Of a stretch of 64,000 bases of DNA, positions 53,601-63,263 are shown one piece after another. A program made the position numbers and the translations under genes. Every line of letters begins with the position of its first letter. The first letter of the stretch is position 1. Origin of the DNA: an uncultured Planctomycetaceae bacterium (GTDB lineage: Bacteria > Planctomycetota > Planctomycetia > Pirellulales > PALSA-1355); contig CAWAUV010000004.1 in assembly GCA_963785305.1 (NCBI GenBank), positions 32,001 to 96,000 on the forward strand, in the 5' to 3' direction. The notes under the pieces are model-generated. The model did not search any database. It was not told where the DNA came from and saw only the letters and a list, made by a program, of their open reading frames with translations.

Positions 53601-56286
53601 CGAATTGACCACGGTGCTCCAAGAGGTCGGTCGCCGTCAGGTGTCGAAAGAAGTGAACGACGTGGCCGCGTACGGGGCGCTCGCGGCGGCGCGCGAGCGC
53701 GAGCGTCTGGCCCGGGAGCTCGACACGAAGCAGGAAAAAGAACATCAACTGATGGACCGCTTCAACTCGCTGATGGCGGAGCGGCGGTACTTGGAAGCCG
53801 AAGAAGGCCCGGCGGCTGAAATCGCGGCGCTCGACCCGCGAAGCACGATTTCGGTTTCGGCCACCCTCGATTCCCGCATGACGCGCTATGTGACCCAAAA
53901 TGCCGACTTCCGATTGCGTCGGCAGCGGGGCGTGGTCGACGTGCTCGCGCAGGCCGAGTTGTCGAGCATTCCGTTTCCCGACGATCAGCCGATCGTGTAT
54001 CCCGACGCGCAGTTCTGGCAAGAGCTTACTTTGCGCCGCAAACAGTATGCGGCCGTCGACTTGAAGAAGGACTCGGTGGCGGAGAAGAAGATTCGCAAGG
54101 CGCTCGATGAGTCGACCGTGCTCGAATTCGTGGAAACGCCGCTGAGCGATGTAATCTCGTATTTGCGCGATCTGCATCAGATCGAGATTCAAGTCGACAC
54201 CAAGAAGTTGGAGGAAGCCGGCATCAGTCTCGATATGCCGATCACCAAGACGCTCCGCGGCATCAGCCTCAAGAGCGCCTTGCGACTCATGCTACAGCCG
54301 CTCGAGCTTTCCTATGTGATCAAGGATGAAGTGCTCCTGATCACCACCAAGGAAGATGTCGACAACACGCTCGTGACCAAAGTCTATCCGGTCGCCGACC
54401 TGGTGCTTCCGATTCGCGCCGCGAGCCCGATGGGCATGGGCGGCGGCATGGGCGGCATGGGTGGCATGATGGGCGGTGGCGGTGGCATGGGCGGCGGAAT
54501 GGGTGGCGGCATGGGCGGCGGCGGCATGGGTGGCATGGGCGGCGGAATGGGTGGCATGGGTGGCGGCATGGGTGGTGGCGGCATGGGCGGTGGCATGTTC
54601 GCCGTCGACGACGCGCCCGCGGCCCCCAAGAGCAAGTCCTCGATGCGCATGGGCGCCCAGAAGTCGGCGCCGGCGCCGGCCGCGGCGCCCGATGCTCCGG
54701 CGAGCATCAATCTGGGACCCAAGCCGACGGCGGCCGGCCCCAAGAAGGCGCCGGCCGGCGCGGCGGATAACGCCGGCAAGTCGCAAGTCATTCATCTGAC
54801 GATCGCGCCCGACGCCGATCCGCAAGTGGTCTGGAACGATTACTTCGCCTCGCATCCCGAGGTTTCGCCGAGCGCGGTCTCGGCCACGGCCGTGGAATTG
54901 ATGCACTCGCGGCATTTCGATCATCTGGTGGCGCTGATCCAGAGCGCGCTTTGCGCCGGTCAGCCCCAGCCTTGGATGTACGAGGCCATGGGGCTCGCCC
55001 TGCAAGCCGCCGGACGCCCCAAGGCGGAGATCGAGCGAGCGCTTATGTCGGGTGTCGACCTGAGCGACAGTCCCGAGGAAATGATGTATGTCGCCCAGTA
55101 CATGGCTCGCTGCGGCTTGGAAGAGCGGGCCCTCAAAATCTTCCGCCAAGTGGGCGCCGCCACTCCCATGGCCCCAGAACCGCTGATTCTGGGTCTGAAA
55201 CTCGCCCAGCGGCTCAACCGGATCGACGACGTGAAATGGGCGTCGCTCGGCATCTTGCGGCAAGCCTGGCCCGAGGACAAACGCGATGTTTGGCAATCGG
55301 GTCTGCGTGCCGCGAATGCCACGCTCGAGCAACTCAAGAGCGAGGATCGCACGGATGAGGCCGCCGTGTTTCAAGCTCAAGTCGACGAGGCCTTGGAGCG
55401 CGACGTGATCGTGCGCGTGCAGTGGACCGGCGACGCCGACGTGGACATTTACGTCGAGGAGCCGACCGGCGCGATTTGTTCGTTTCGCAACCCGCGCACC
55501 ACCGGCGGCGGCGTGATGATGGGCGACACCGCCTCGCACGGGGCCCAAGCCTCGAAAGACGGCTACAGCGAAACCTATGTCTGCCCGATCGCGTTTAGTG
55601 GTTCCTATCGGGTGCTGCTCCGCCGAGTGTGGGGTAAGGTCACGGCCGGCAAGGTCACGGTCGATGTGTTCTCGCACTACGGCTCGAAGCAGATCAAGCA
55701 CATGAGCGAGCAAATCAAGCTCGGCGAGGAAGACGCCGCGGTGGCGTTCGAGATTGCCGATGGTCGCCGCAAGGACCCGATCGGCAACGAAATCGTGGCC
55801 AACGCGGTGGCCGCCCAAGTGAATATCAATCAGGCCGTGCTGGCCCAGCAATTGAACGCGCTTTCGGCCGGCAACGGCGCCAACGCCGGGCTGAATCTAT
55901 CGCGGGCCGGACTATTCGGCGCCTTCAACGGACCGTTTTTGCGGCAGGCCGTGGGCTATATGCCGATTATCATCGTGCTGCCGACCGGCGCCAACATGTC
56001 GGCCCAGGGCGTGATTTCGGCCGACCGACGCTATGTGCGCATCACGGCCCATCCGCTCTTCTCGCAGATCGGCCAAGTGACGACGTTTAATATCTCGTCG
56101 GGCCGCACGGGCACTTCGCCGAGCCCGCCGCCGGGTGGCGGTGGCGTGGCGGCGGGTGGCGGATTCGGCGGCGCCGGCGGTAATGGCGGCGTGGGCGCGG
56201 GGGGCGGAGCCGGGCGAGGCGGCGCGGCCGGCGCCGGCGGCGCGGGGCAGGGTGGCGCGGCGGGCGGCGCTCTTCAAAATCGCTAA
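50620..56286 (+). CDS. Giant secreted VWA-domain protein with duplicated STN-like/Met-Gly module and secretin-like C-terminal strands
   Basis: Signal peptide; MIDAS DTSASQ..GSTD..IGDG; duplicated LEFVETPLSDVI..SLKSALRLML..YVIKDEVLLITT..VYPVADLV; WTGDADVDIYVEEP; VISADRRYVRIT. Confidence 0.8.
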   Translation: MSMSKACSLLTALGLVLGHSVAGGAAPENKESAPAQLANRGGAAPSHLDTYVRADGAAYFALSLSPTGAAPKAAGHDIAVLFDTSASQAGPFRAKGLETLEAFIERLPPTDRVQLFAVDIYPTALTDGFVSPAGESIKKAIATLKNCAPLGSTDLPAALEAARLALEGKAPAQASDAKSTDSAANSTGDKTLAADKTLTADKASPARKDAPASDRTRAIVYIGDGQSVANMVDITAFRDATERMSQSRISLTSLAIGPRLDTGLLAALANQTGGMLAVDGDTFTPHQFAQFLAIGAHGAVLWPDAMRWPEALGDVFPRQLPPLRFDRETVVLGQGKPACPVTIQVTADCLNARMPLAWRIESAHLNEDLSFLPQLIDLVRVSDGLTLPTLGDAGLRETGRMLGAGNQRLADLSNQAIAVGNFDDAEKLADEALRRDPRDPMAQAVKRKLSETRAQGGKESAMKEKKGGLKLGKPKGKDSSRLRRAADDLAASESATGNDGAWGAVLFAVPDELPADAPAPTLLDNQQRDNDVVAGLIELQVNNALKTARAHMSDNPSGNLQDIKVLLEQVHAAPELNTELRHRLQTELATMVREIERRVVEKDANEAAANHTLAAARERERLARELDTKQEKERQLMDRFNSLMGERRYLEAQEGPAAEISALDPRSPNAVAATLNSRMTRNVTQNVDFRLRRQRGVIDMLAQAELSSIPFPDDQPIVYPDAQFWQELTLRRKQYAAVDLKKDSAAEKKIRKALADSTVLEFVETPLSDVIAYLRDLHQIEIQVDDKKLEEAGISLDMPITKTLRGVSLKSALRLMLQPLELSYVIKDEVLLITTKEEVDNTLVTKVYPVADLVLRIPPAMPMGMRGGMGGMGGMMGGGMGGGMGGMGGGMMGGMGGGMGGGMGRMGGGMGGMFVVPDELPVDGPLGPTLLDTQQRDNDVVAGMIELQVANAIKNARAHMADNPTGNRQDLKELLDHVRLAPELNSELRSRLQGELTTVLQEVGRRQVSKEVNDVAAYGALAAARERERLARELDTKQEKEHQLMDRFNSLMAERRYLEAEEGPAAEIAALDPRSTISVSATLDSRMTRYVTQNADFRLRRQRGVVDVLAQAELSSIPFPDDQPIVYPDAQFWQELTLRRKQYAAVDLKKDSVAEKKIRKALDESTVLEFVETPLSDVISYLRDLHQIEIQVDTKKLEEAGISLDMPITKTLRGISLKSALRLMLQPLELSYVIKDEVLLITTKEDVDNTLVTKVYPVADLVLPIRAASPMGMGGGMGGMGGMMGGGGGMGGGMGGGMGGGGMGGMGGGMGGMGGGMGGGGMGGGMFAVDDAPAAPKSKSSMRMGAQKSAPAPAAAPDAPASINLGPKPTAAGPKKAPAGAADNAGKSQVIHLTIAPDADPQVVWNDYFASHPEVSPSAVSATAVELMHSRHFDHLVALIQSALCAGQPQPWMYEAMGLALQAAGRPKAEIERALMSGVDLSDSPEEMMYVAQYMARCGLEERALKIFRQVGAATPMAPEPLILGLKLAQRLNRIDDVKWASLGILRQAWPEDKRDVWQSGLRAANATLEQLKSEDRTDEAAVFQAQVDEALERDVIVRVQWTGDADVDIYVEEPTGAICSFRNPRTTGGGVMMGDTASHGAQASKDGYSETYVCPIAFSGSYRVLLRRVWGKVTAGKVTVDVFSHYGSKQIKHMSEQIKLGEEDAAVAFEIADGRRKDPIGNEIVANAVAAQVNINQAVLAQQLNALSAGNGANAGLNLSRAGLFGAFNGPFLRQAVGYMPIIIVLPTGANMSAQGVISADRRYVRITAHPLFSQIGQVTTFNISSGRTGTSPSPPPGGGGVAAGGGFGGAGGNGGVGAGGGAGRGGAAGAGGAGQGGAAGGALQNR
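52138..54597 (+). repeat. Intragenic tandem duplication (~1.2 kb x2)
   Basis: Copy 1 52138-53358 (407 codons), copy 2 53359-54597 (413 codons); both begin F(A/V)VPDELP and end in GGM repeats. Confidence 0.93.
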
Positions 56287-56295
56287 TTTCCGAGT

Positions 56296-57732
56296 TCATC
56301 TCCAATTCGGCCCCGTCGGCGTCCGTCGAACGTGGCGGCCGGGGCTTGCTAGTCGAGCGGATGCGCGCATCGCCGCGAGCATCTCGCCCGCCATGAAAAA
56401 CGAGCCCGAAATGACCGCCAAGTCGTCGGGCCGCAGCCACTCCCGGGCCGCGAGCCACGCGCTCTCGAGGTCGGCGTGGCCCCGGACCGGCCGCGAAGTG
56501 AGCTCGCGAGCGAGCCGCTCCAGTTCCTCGACCGCCGCGCTGCGCGTATTGCTCCCGTAGCGGCTGAGCAGCAGGCAATCGAAGCGCGGGGCGAGCACTT
56601 CGAGCATGCCGCGCACATCTTTGTCGCGGCTCGTGGCGAAGATCAGCAGCTTTCGCGCGGTCGTGAAGCTTTGGTCGAGTGTATCGACGAGCGCTTGGGC
56701 CGAGGCGACATTGTGCGCCGCGTCGAGCACGATCGCCGGACGCCGGCGGAGCAATTCCATGCGCGCCGACCGCGCACTTTCGCCAAGCCCGCGCAGCCGC
56801 CTCGAGCGGTATTCTCCACCCCTGGCGCTTCATTTCGCCGAGCGCGGCCAAGGCAATCGCCGCGTTGGCCGCTTGATGTGGTCCGAGCAGTCCGAGCGGC
56901 GCCGACGCCACCCGGTCGAATCCGCCCGGCGATCGATCCTCGAAATCAAGTTCTCCATGTTCTTCGGAGTGTTCGAGTCCGCGCGGAGGCCGATAGGCGT
57001 AGTGAAAGTCGCGGCCAACGCGCGCGAGCGGGGCGCCTCGCTGCTGGGCCACGGCCTCGATCACTTCGCGCGGTTCGGCGCGACCACTCCGCTAATCACC
57101 GGCACGCCGGGTTTGATGATGCCTGCTTTCTCGCCGGCGATCGCCGCGAGAGTGCCGCCGAGTTGCTGCACATGGTCGAAGCTGATGCTGGTGATGAGCG
57201 ACACGATCGGGCGGCAAACATTCGTCGAATCGAGCCTGCCGCCGAGCCCCACTTCGAGCACGGCGCAATCGGCGCCCAAATCCGCGAAATGGCGAAACGC
57301 CAGGGCGGTGACGATCTCGAAATAGGTCGGGCCGCAAGCGCCTTCGCACTCGGCCCGCGCGTCCATTCGTTCGACATGCGGCCGCGCCTCCTCGATCAGT
57401 CGCTCCCAATCGGGCGCGGAGAGCGGCTGGCCATCGATCGCGATCCGTTCCTCGACCCGTTCCAAATGCGGCGAGGTGAAGAGTCCGACCCGGTAGCCCG
57501 CGGCCTCGAGCGCGGCGGCGATCATGGCTGCGGTCGAGCCCTTGCCCTTGGTGCCCGCGATATGAATGGCCGGCAGGCCAAGATGCGGGTCGCCGAGCGC
57601 GGCGAGCAGTTCGCGCATGCGTTCGAGTTTGAAGTTGCGCTGGCTGTAGGGGGCCGGGGTCGATCGCTCGTGGTCGATGCGACTTTCGAGAAAAACGTCG
57701 GCGCGGCTGGGAGAACGAATGGGTTGGCGCAT
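56296..57732 (-). CDS. folC: Folylpolyglutamate synthase / dihydrofolate synthase (frameshifts near 57070, 56780)
   Basis: [47 protein letters not shown]. Confidence 0.93.
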
Positions 57733-58407
57733 CGCATTCGAAGTCGAGAGTTCAGGAAATTCCGCCGGTTTTGTCCGGGCGACCAATATGCGATTCGAGG
57801 GTATGCGATCGGGTTGTCGCTGGGCAGGATCGGCGCTCGCGCCCCACCGGGTCCATCTTGGCGCCGCATTCATTTTGGCGCGGGCTCCTCGGCCCCTGGA
57901 GGCTTGCCCGTGGCGGGACTTATTCTAAAGGATCGAGGCCGGGGGCCGCCATCGCGCGAGCCGCCTTTCCGGGACCACGACGCCGTTGAAGCGCCGATTT
58001 CTCGCGCGCGCCGCTCGCAATGTTTTTTTCGCGAGGCGTGCGGAGGCGAACGAATCTCGTTCCGTGGAGCTGGAATTTCGACGCCGCCCCCCTTGGCCCG
58101 GGCGATTTGCCAATTTACACTTGGCTTTTTCCTGGGGCGCTGTTTTCCGGCGCGGTCGAACCAATGGGCTCTCGCGTGCGTAATCATCAGCGTTAACGCC
58201 GGATTAGCACATTTCCCCGGGTCGCTGTCGCTTGTCGATTCCGCGAGCGGCGTGGCTCGCCAGTTTTCATTTGAACCGCGCGATCCATGCCGCGCAGCCG
58301 CGCGTCGGACTCGCTCCGCCGGGGGCGGACCCTGGAGCGAGTCAGGCCGCTCGCGCGGCGCCGATCAAGGCCGTGCTTTCGAACAACCTGTCAGGAGCGT
58401 ATTGGCC

Positions 58408-59289
58408 ATGTCGTCCGAGGTGGTAATCGAAACTCGCAATCTGTCGAAGGTGTACCGCGACTTCTGGGGCCGCCAGAAAGTCTGGGCGCTCAAAGCGCTC
58501 GACTTGGAAGTTCGCCGCGGCGAAATTTTCGGCCTGCTCGGCCCCAACGGTTCGGGCAAGTCGACCACCATGAAACTTCTGCTGGGGCTGTTGTTCCCCA
58601 CCAGCGGCCAGGCGCTCGTGTTCGGCAAAGACGCCACGAATGTCGGCAAAAACGCGCGACTCGGCTATCTGCCCGAGGAATCGTATCTCTACCGCTTCCT
58701 GAACGCCGAGGAGACGCTCGATTTCTACGGTCGGCTGTTCGACATTTCCTCGGCCGAGCGCCGGCGACGCGTCAAGGACCTGATCCAGCGAGTGGGGCTC
58801 GAGCGCTCGGCCAAGCGCCAATTGAAGGAATACAGCAAAGGCATGACGCGCCGAATCGGGCTCGCCCAGGCGCTGATCAACGATCCGGAACTTGTGCTGC
58901 TCGATGAGCCCACGAGCGGTCTCGATCCGCTGGGCACGCGATACATCAAGGACCTGATCCTCGACCTCAAGGCCCAGGGTAAGACGGTGCTGATGAGCAG
59001 CCACTTGCTCGCCGATGTCGAGGATGTGTGCGATCGGATCGCGATTCTCCACGATGGCGAGCTCAAGGAGCTCGGTCGTGTCGACGCGCTGCTCAAGAAC
59101 ACTTCGGTCACGCAATTCAAAGTCACGGACTTGAGCGACGACGCCAAACGCGAGATCGTGGCGGTGATCGAACGCTACCAAGCGGGCCTCGTGACGATCG
59201 AAAACCCCACATCGACGCTGGAAGAGCTGTTCTTGGATGTAGTCCGCGAGAGCGAAGCTCGCCCCGGCCGCCGGGCGCGCTCCGAGTAG
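58408..59289 (+). CDS. ABC transporter ATP-binding protein
   Basis: [14 protein letters not shown] signature, [13 protein letters not shown]. Confidence 0.95.
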   Translation: MSSEVVIETRNLSKVYRDFWGRQKVWALKALDLEVRRGEIFGLLGPNGSGKSTTMKLLLGLLFPTSGQALVFGKDATNVGKNARLGYLPEESYLYRFLNAEETLDFYGRLFDISSAERRRRVKDLIQRVGLERSAKRQLKEYSKGMTRRIGLAQALINDPELVLLDEPTSGLDPLGTRYIKDLILDLKAQGKTVLMSSHLLADVEDVCDRIAILHDGELKELGRVDALLKNTSVTQFKVTDLSDDAKREIVAVIERYQAGLVTIENPTSTLEELFLDVVRESEARPGRRARSE

Positions 59290-59428
59290 CGTTCGGCCGG
59301 CGCGGCGAGATTCCGCCAGTTCGGCGAATCTCCCCACCGAGGTCGCGAATCAGTCAATTTTTCCGCATATGCTCGGCGGCGCGAGCCGACGGGCATTTTT
59401 AGACGCCTAGCGAACAACGAAGTCTGTC

Positions 59429-61234
59429 ATGGTTCTGGAAACCGATCCGATCGTATTTGGGCAATGGATAATTCCGGCGCTCTTGCAGTTCTTGTTTTTC
59501 GCCTTTCTGGGGATCGTGGCGATGTTCGCGGTGTGCTATGTGGCTTGCGCCGCCCGCTACGGACCGCTGCGCGGCGGCGATGTATTGCTGCGCGGCGTGG
59601 TGGCCGGCGCGCGCGATCTGGCCGAAGCGCGCCCACGCAGAGTCCACGCGCTGGCCCGCTTGGCCGTGCAGGAATCGCTGCGGCGCCGAATCTGGGTCGC
59701 GCTGGTGCTGTTCGTCGTGATCTTGATCTTCGCCGGTTGGTTTCTCGATCCCAATAGTTTCGATCCCGCCAAGCTGTATCTGAACTTCGTGCTTCAGGCG
59801 ACTACCTATCTGGTGCTGCTGTTGTCGCTCTTTTTGAGCGTGTTCAGCTTGCCGGCCGATATGAAGAATCGCACCATCCACACCGTGGTCACGAAGCCGG
59901 CCCGGCGCAGCGAGATTTTTCTCGGCCGCTTGATCGGCTTTGGCGCCATTGGCGCGACCATGCTCCTGGTGATGGCGGTCCTGAGCTATTTGTTCGTGGT
60001 CCGCGGCCTGACGCACACGCATACGGTGGATGTCGCGTCGCTCAAGGCCAAGCCGAACTCGCCCGATGGCGCCCAGACCGGTCAGACATCGCTCACCCAG
60101 GGCCATTCCCACAAATTCACGCTCGACGGCGCCGGCGCCGGGGCCACCGAGGTCGATCGCGGCCACTGGCATCAGATCACCTCGAGCGGCGGCGAGAAGC
60201 CGACCTACACCGTCGGTCCGCCCGAGGATGTGTTCCTGGCTCGGGTGCCGAAGTATGGCGTGCTCTCGTTCAAGGATCGCAATGGCGAGCCGGTCGCCCG
60301 GGGCATCAGCGTGGGCAACGAATGGGCCTACCGCAGCTTTATCGAAGGCGGCAGCTTGGCGTCGGCCACCTGGACCTTCACCGGCATCACTCCGGAGGAG
60401 TTTCCCGACGGGCTGCCGCTCGAAATGACGATTCGCGTGTTTCGCAGTTGGAAGGGCAAGATCGATCGCGGCATCTATGGCAGTATCACGGTGCGCAACC
60501 CGAAGACCGGAGTGGCCAGCAATCCGCAAAACTTTCTCTGCAAGGACGCCCAGATCGATCGGCGTCAGCGCATTCCGCTCGAGCTGACGGATAAATCGGG
60601 CAAGTCGATCGAGCTGTTTCGCGATCTGGTGACGCCCGAGGGCACGGTCGAGATCACGCTCCAGTGTCTGGAGCCAGGGCAGTACTTCGGCATGGCCAAG
60701 GCCGACCTGTATCTTCGCGCGGCCGATGGCTCGTTCGAGGGCAATTTCGTCAAAGGCTTCATCGGCATCTTTTATCAGATGCTGCTCGTCACCGGTTTCG
60801 GCCTCTTGTTCAGCACTTTCCTGAGCGCCCCGGTGGCGATGCTGGCCGAGATCGCGGCGATCATCATTGGCTTCTGCACCAAGTTCATCATGGATCTCGT
60901 CTACGATCAGTCGCATGGAATGAAGCTGGGCGGCGGGCCGGTCGAGTCGCTGTTCTTTCGCATTCCCGGCCAGATGAATCAAACCACGCCGCTCGAGGAG
61001 GGCATGGCGAAAAACGTGGTGCAGTTTCTCGACTTCTGCGTGCTCAAGCAGATGGAATTTTGCTGCCTGCTCGTGCCCGACTTTCGCGATTTCAACAATG
61101 TGGATCATGTGACGTTTGGTTTCGATATTCCTTTCGACAATCTACTACGGCAGGGCGTGCTCACGGCCGGGTACATGCTGGCGGTGGTGGTCGTGGGCAC
61201 ATTCATACTCAAGTCCCGCGAGGTGGCCCAGTGA
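59429..61234 (+). CDS. ABC-2-like permease with large extracytoplasmic domain
   Basis: SLPADMKNRTIHTVVTKP..EIFLGRLIG; multiple TM; His clusters HTH, GHSH, GHWH. Confidence 0.85.
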   Translation: MVLETDPIVFGQWIIPALLQFLFFAFLGIVAMFAVCYVACAARYGPLRGGDVLLRGVVAGARDLAEARPRRVHALARLAVQESLRRRIWVALVLFVVILIFAGWFLDPNSFDPAKLYLNFVLQATTYLVLLLSLFLSVFSLPADMKNRTIHTVVTKPARRSEIFLGRLIGFGAIGATMLLVMAVLSYLFVVRGLTHTHTVDVASLKAKPNSPDGAQTGQTSLTQGHSHKFTLDGAGAGATEVDRGHWHQITSSGGEKPTYTVGPPEDVFLARVPKYGVLSFKDRNGEPVARGISVGNEWAYRSFIEGGSLASATWTFTGITPEEFPDGLPLEMTIRVFRSWKGKIDRGIYGSITVRNPKTGVASNPQNFLCKDAQIDRRQRIPLELTDKSGKSIELFRDLVTPEGTVEITLQCLEPGQYFGMAKADLYLRAADGSFEGNFVKGFIGIFYQMLLVTGFGLLFSTFLSAPVAMLAEIAAIIIGFCTKFIMDLVYDQSHGMKLGGGPVESLFFRIPGQMNQTTPLEEGMAKNVVQFLDFCVLKQMEFCCLLVPDFRDFNNVDHVTFGFDIPFDNLLRQGVLTAGYMLAVVVVGTFILKSREVAQ

Positions 61235-63069
61235 ACGAGCGGCGAATGTTCCTGCGTAAGATCGGCTACGGAGCGGCGGCGGCGGCGCTCTTGATTCCGC
61301 TCTACGCGCTCAGCCAACCCGCGACCACCCAGTCACGGGGCGGCCTTCTGGCCCGCTATCGCCAGGACCACGGCCTGAGCCAAGCCAACCTGGGCGAGAT
61401 CGATCCGGCGAGCGAGACCATGAAGCTGGCCACGCTCGGGCTCAGCCCGGTGGCGATCACCATGCTGTGGAACAAGGCGCAGTACTACCAGAAGGTCGAG
61501 GATTGGACCAACCTTTCGGCCACTTGCGAACAGATCGTGCGGCTGGAGCCGAACTTCGCCAAGGTGTGGGAACACGAAGGATGGAATCTCTCGCACAACG
61601 TGGCGGTCAACTTCGATGACTATCACGATCGCTATCGCTGGATCATCAAGGGCATCGAGTTCATGAAAGACGGCGCCGCCCACAACGCCACCAATTCACG
61701 CTTGCCTTGGTACATCGGCTGGGTGGCTTCGTGGAAGATCGGGCGGGCCGACGAAAAAATCCAGTACCGCAGGCTCTTCCGCCAGGACGACGAGTTCCAC
61801 AAGATCGACGATCCCCATCGCACACCCGCCCAGCGAGATAATTGGCTGGTCGGACGCTGGTGGTTTCAAAAGGCCGAGCATGTGGTCGACCTGGGCTATC
61901 CGGTCATGGGCAACAGCCCGCTGATCTTCTACTCGAATAAGCCCAAGTGTTTGATCAACTACGCCGAAGCTCTCGAGGGCGACGATGGCGTGTTCGGCGA
62001 GGTGGCCAAGATCGCCTGGGAAAATGGCCGCGCGGCATGGGCCGACTACGGCGCTCGCGATATTCCCACCTTGCAAAACGACACGATCCGGCTGGCCGAC
62101 CAAGAGCGAATCGAGCAACGCTTGGCCAAAACCAAGGCCGAACTCGAGGCGATGTTGCCCGGAATGCGCGAAAAGATTCGCCAGGAGCGCGTCGATCGCC
62201 TGTCACCCCAAGATCGCGAACTGGTCGACACGCCGCGCGATCATCGCCATGTCGATTTGATCTCGGCCGGCGATCGGCTCGACGGAATCGTCAATCCGAC
62301 CTACTTCGACGTGGCCGAACGCTCGAAGCCCGAGGATCGCATTCGCGCCATGCAAATGGCCAAGAGCATCACCGACGATCAGGCCACGGCGCGCGAAATC
62401 GACTTGGATCGGAGCCAAGTGAACTTCGTGTATTGGCGCGACCTGTGCGAAATGGAACGCGACGACAGCACCTTGGCGGCCCGCAAGGCGATCTTCCAGG
62501 CCGAAGACGCGCTCGCGCACAATCGCTTCGTGCAGGCGGGCGAGCTCTACGACGAAGGTTTCAAAGCTTGGCGCAAGTCGCTCGACACGTATCGCTCGAT
62601 TGCCGAGGACCAAGTGACGGTGGGCGAGATGATGGACACGGTCGAGAAATATGGCGAATACCTCCGCCAGGTCAACCAACCGTTTCCCGAGGACTTCGCG
62701 CTGCGCGATCAAGTATTGCTTTGGCAAAAATCGAATCCGCAGTCGGCCCCGCGGAAAAACATTCCTTGGCTGAAAGACGAGCCGCCCAAAGCCTCGGCCG
62801 CCGCGGAAGCGCCGGTCGGTGAATCGTCGGCGGACAAAGCCGCGCGGCCCGCGGAGAAAGGCGCCGAACCGGCCGAAAAGGCCCCCGCTTCCGAAGCCGC
62901 CCCGCCGGAAAACATGCCAAAACCCGACGCCGGGAAACCCGACGCGCCCCAATCCGACGCGCCAAAGTCCAACGCGCCAAAGTCCGAGGTCAGCCCCGCG
63001 AGCGATCCTTCGCCCGCCGAGGGCGCCGCTCCAGCCAAGCCGCCCGAGGCTCCAGCCAAGCCCGAGTGA
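61231..63069 (+). CDS. Conserved helical (TPR-like) membrane-anchored protein
   Basis: GTG start overlaps permease stop (GTGA); N-terminal TM; LGEIDPASETMKLATLGL, WNLSHNV..FDDYHDRYRW; Pro/Ala/Glu tail. Confidence 0.75.
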   Translation: MNERRMFLRKIGYGAAAAALLIPLYALSQPATTQSRGGLLARYRQDHGLSQANLGEIDPASETMKLATLGLSPVAITMLWNKAQYYQKVEDWTNLSATCEQIVRLEPNFAKVWEHEGWNLSHNVAVNFDDYHDRYRWIIKGIEFMKDGAAHNATNSRLPWYIGWVASWKIGRADEKIQYRRLFRQDDEFHKIDDPHRTPAQRDNWLVGRWWFQKAEHVVDLGYPVMGNSPLIFYSNKPKCLINYAEALEGDDGVFGEVAKIAWENGRAAWADYGARDIPTLQNDTIRLADQERIEQRLAKTKAELEAMLPGMREKIRQERVDRLSPQDRELVDTPRDHRHVDLISAGDRLDGIVNPTYFDVAERSKPEDRIRAMQMAKSITDDQATAREIDLDRSQVNFVYWRDLCEMERDDSTLAARKAIFQAEDALAHNRFVQAGELYDEGFKAWRKSLDTYRSIAEDQVTVGEMMDTVEKYGEYLRQVNQPFPEDFALRDQVLLWQKSNPQSAPRKNIPWLKDEPPKASAAAEAPVGESSADKAARPAEKGAEPAEKAPASEAAPPENMPKPDAGKPDAPQSDAPKSNAPKSEVSPASDPSPAEGAAPAKPPEAPAKPE

Positions 63070-63263
63070 CGGCCCGCCGCTTTCCACGTCGGAAGCCGTG
63101 TTTTCCCGTTTTTGCGGAACGCGCGGATTATGCCGTGGCCGACTCGGCGTGAAAACACGAATTTGGCCCCGCGCTCTGCGCCGCGAAGTATATGCTCTGT
63201 AGGCGGCGACACGCGCTGCCGCCGCGACTTTGCGCGACGAATGTCCCTCGTGGAGCGACGCCG

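Noticed and set aside
53200..54600. GGCATGGGT-rich tracts as a non-coding repeat array
   Set aside because: They are in-frame Gly/Met codons within the giant ORF
51211..55851. Long minus-strand ORFs (455, 514, 519 aa) with His/Ala/Thr repeats
   Set aside because: Antisense shadows of the giant VWA gene, typical of high-GC DNA
56476..58407. N-terminal ~640 aa of the 937-aa ORF as an ABC ATPase fusion
   Set aside because: Largely antisense to folC, with Arg/Ala/Pro-rich shadow composition; the real start is ATG 58408 with an AGGAG RBS
60664..61230. N-terminal extension of the 801-aa ORF
   Set aside because: Overlaps the permease in another frame; GTG 61231 coupled to the permease stop is more plausible
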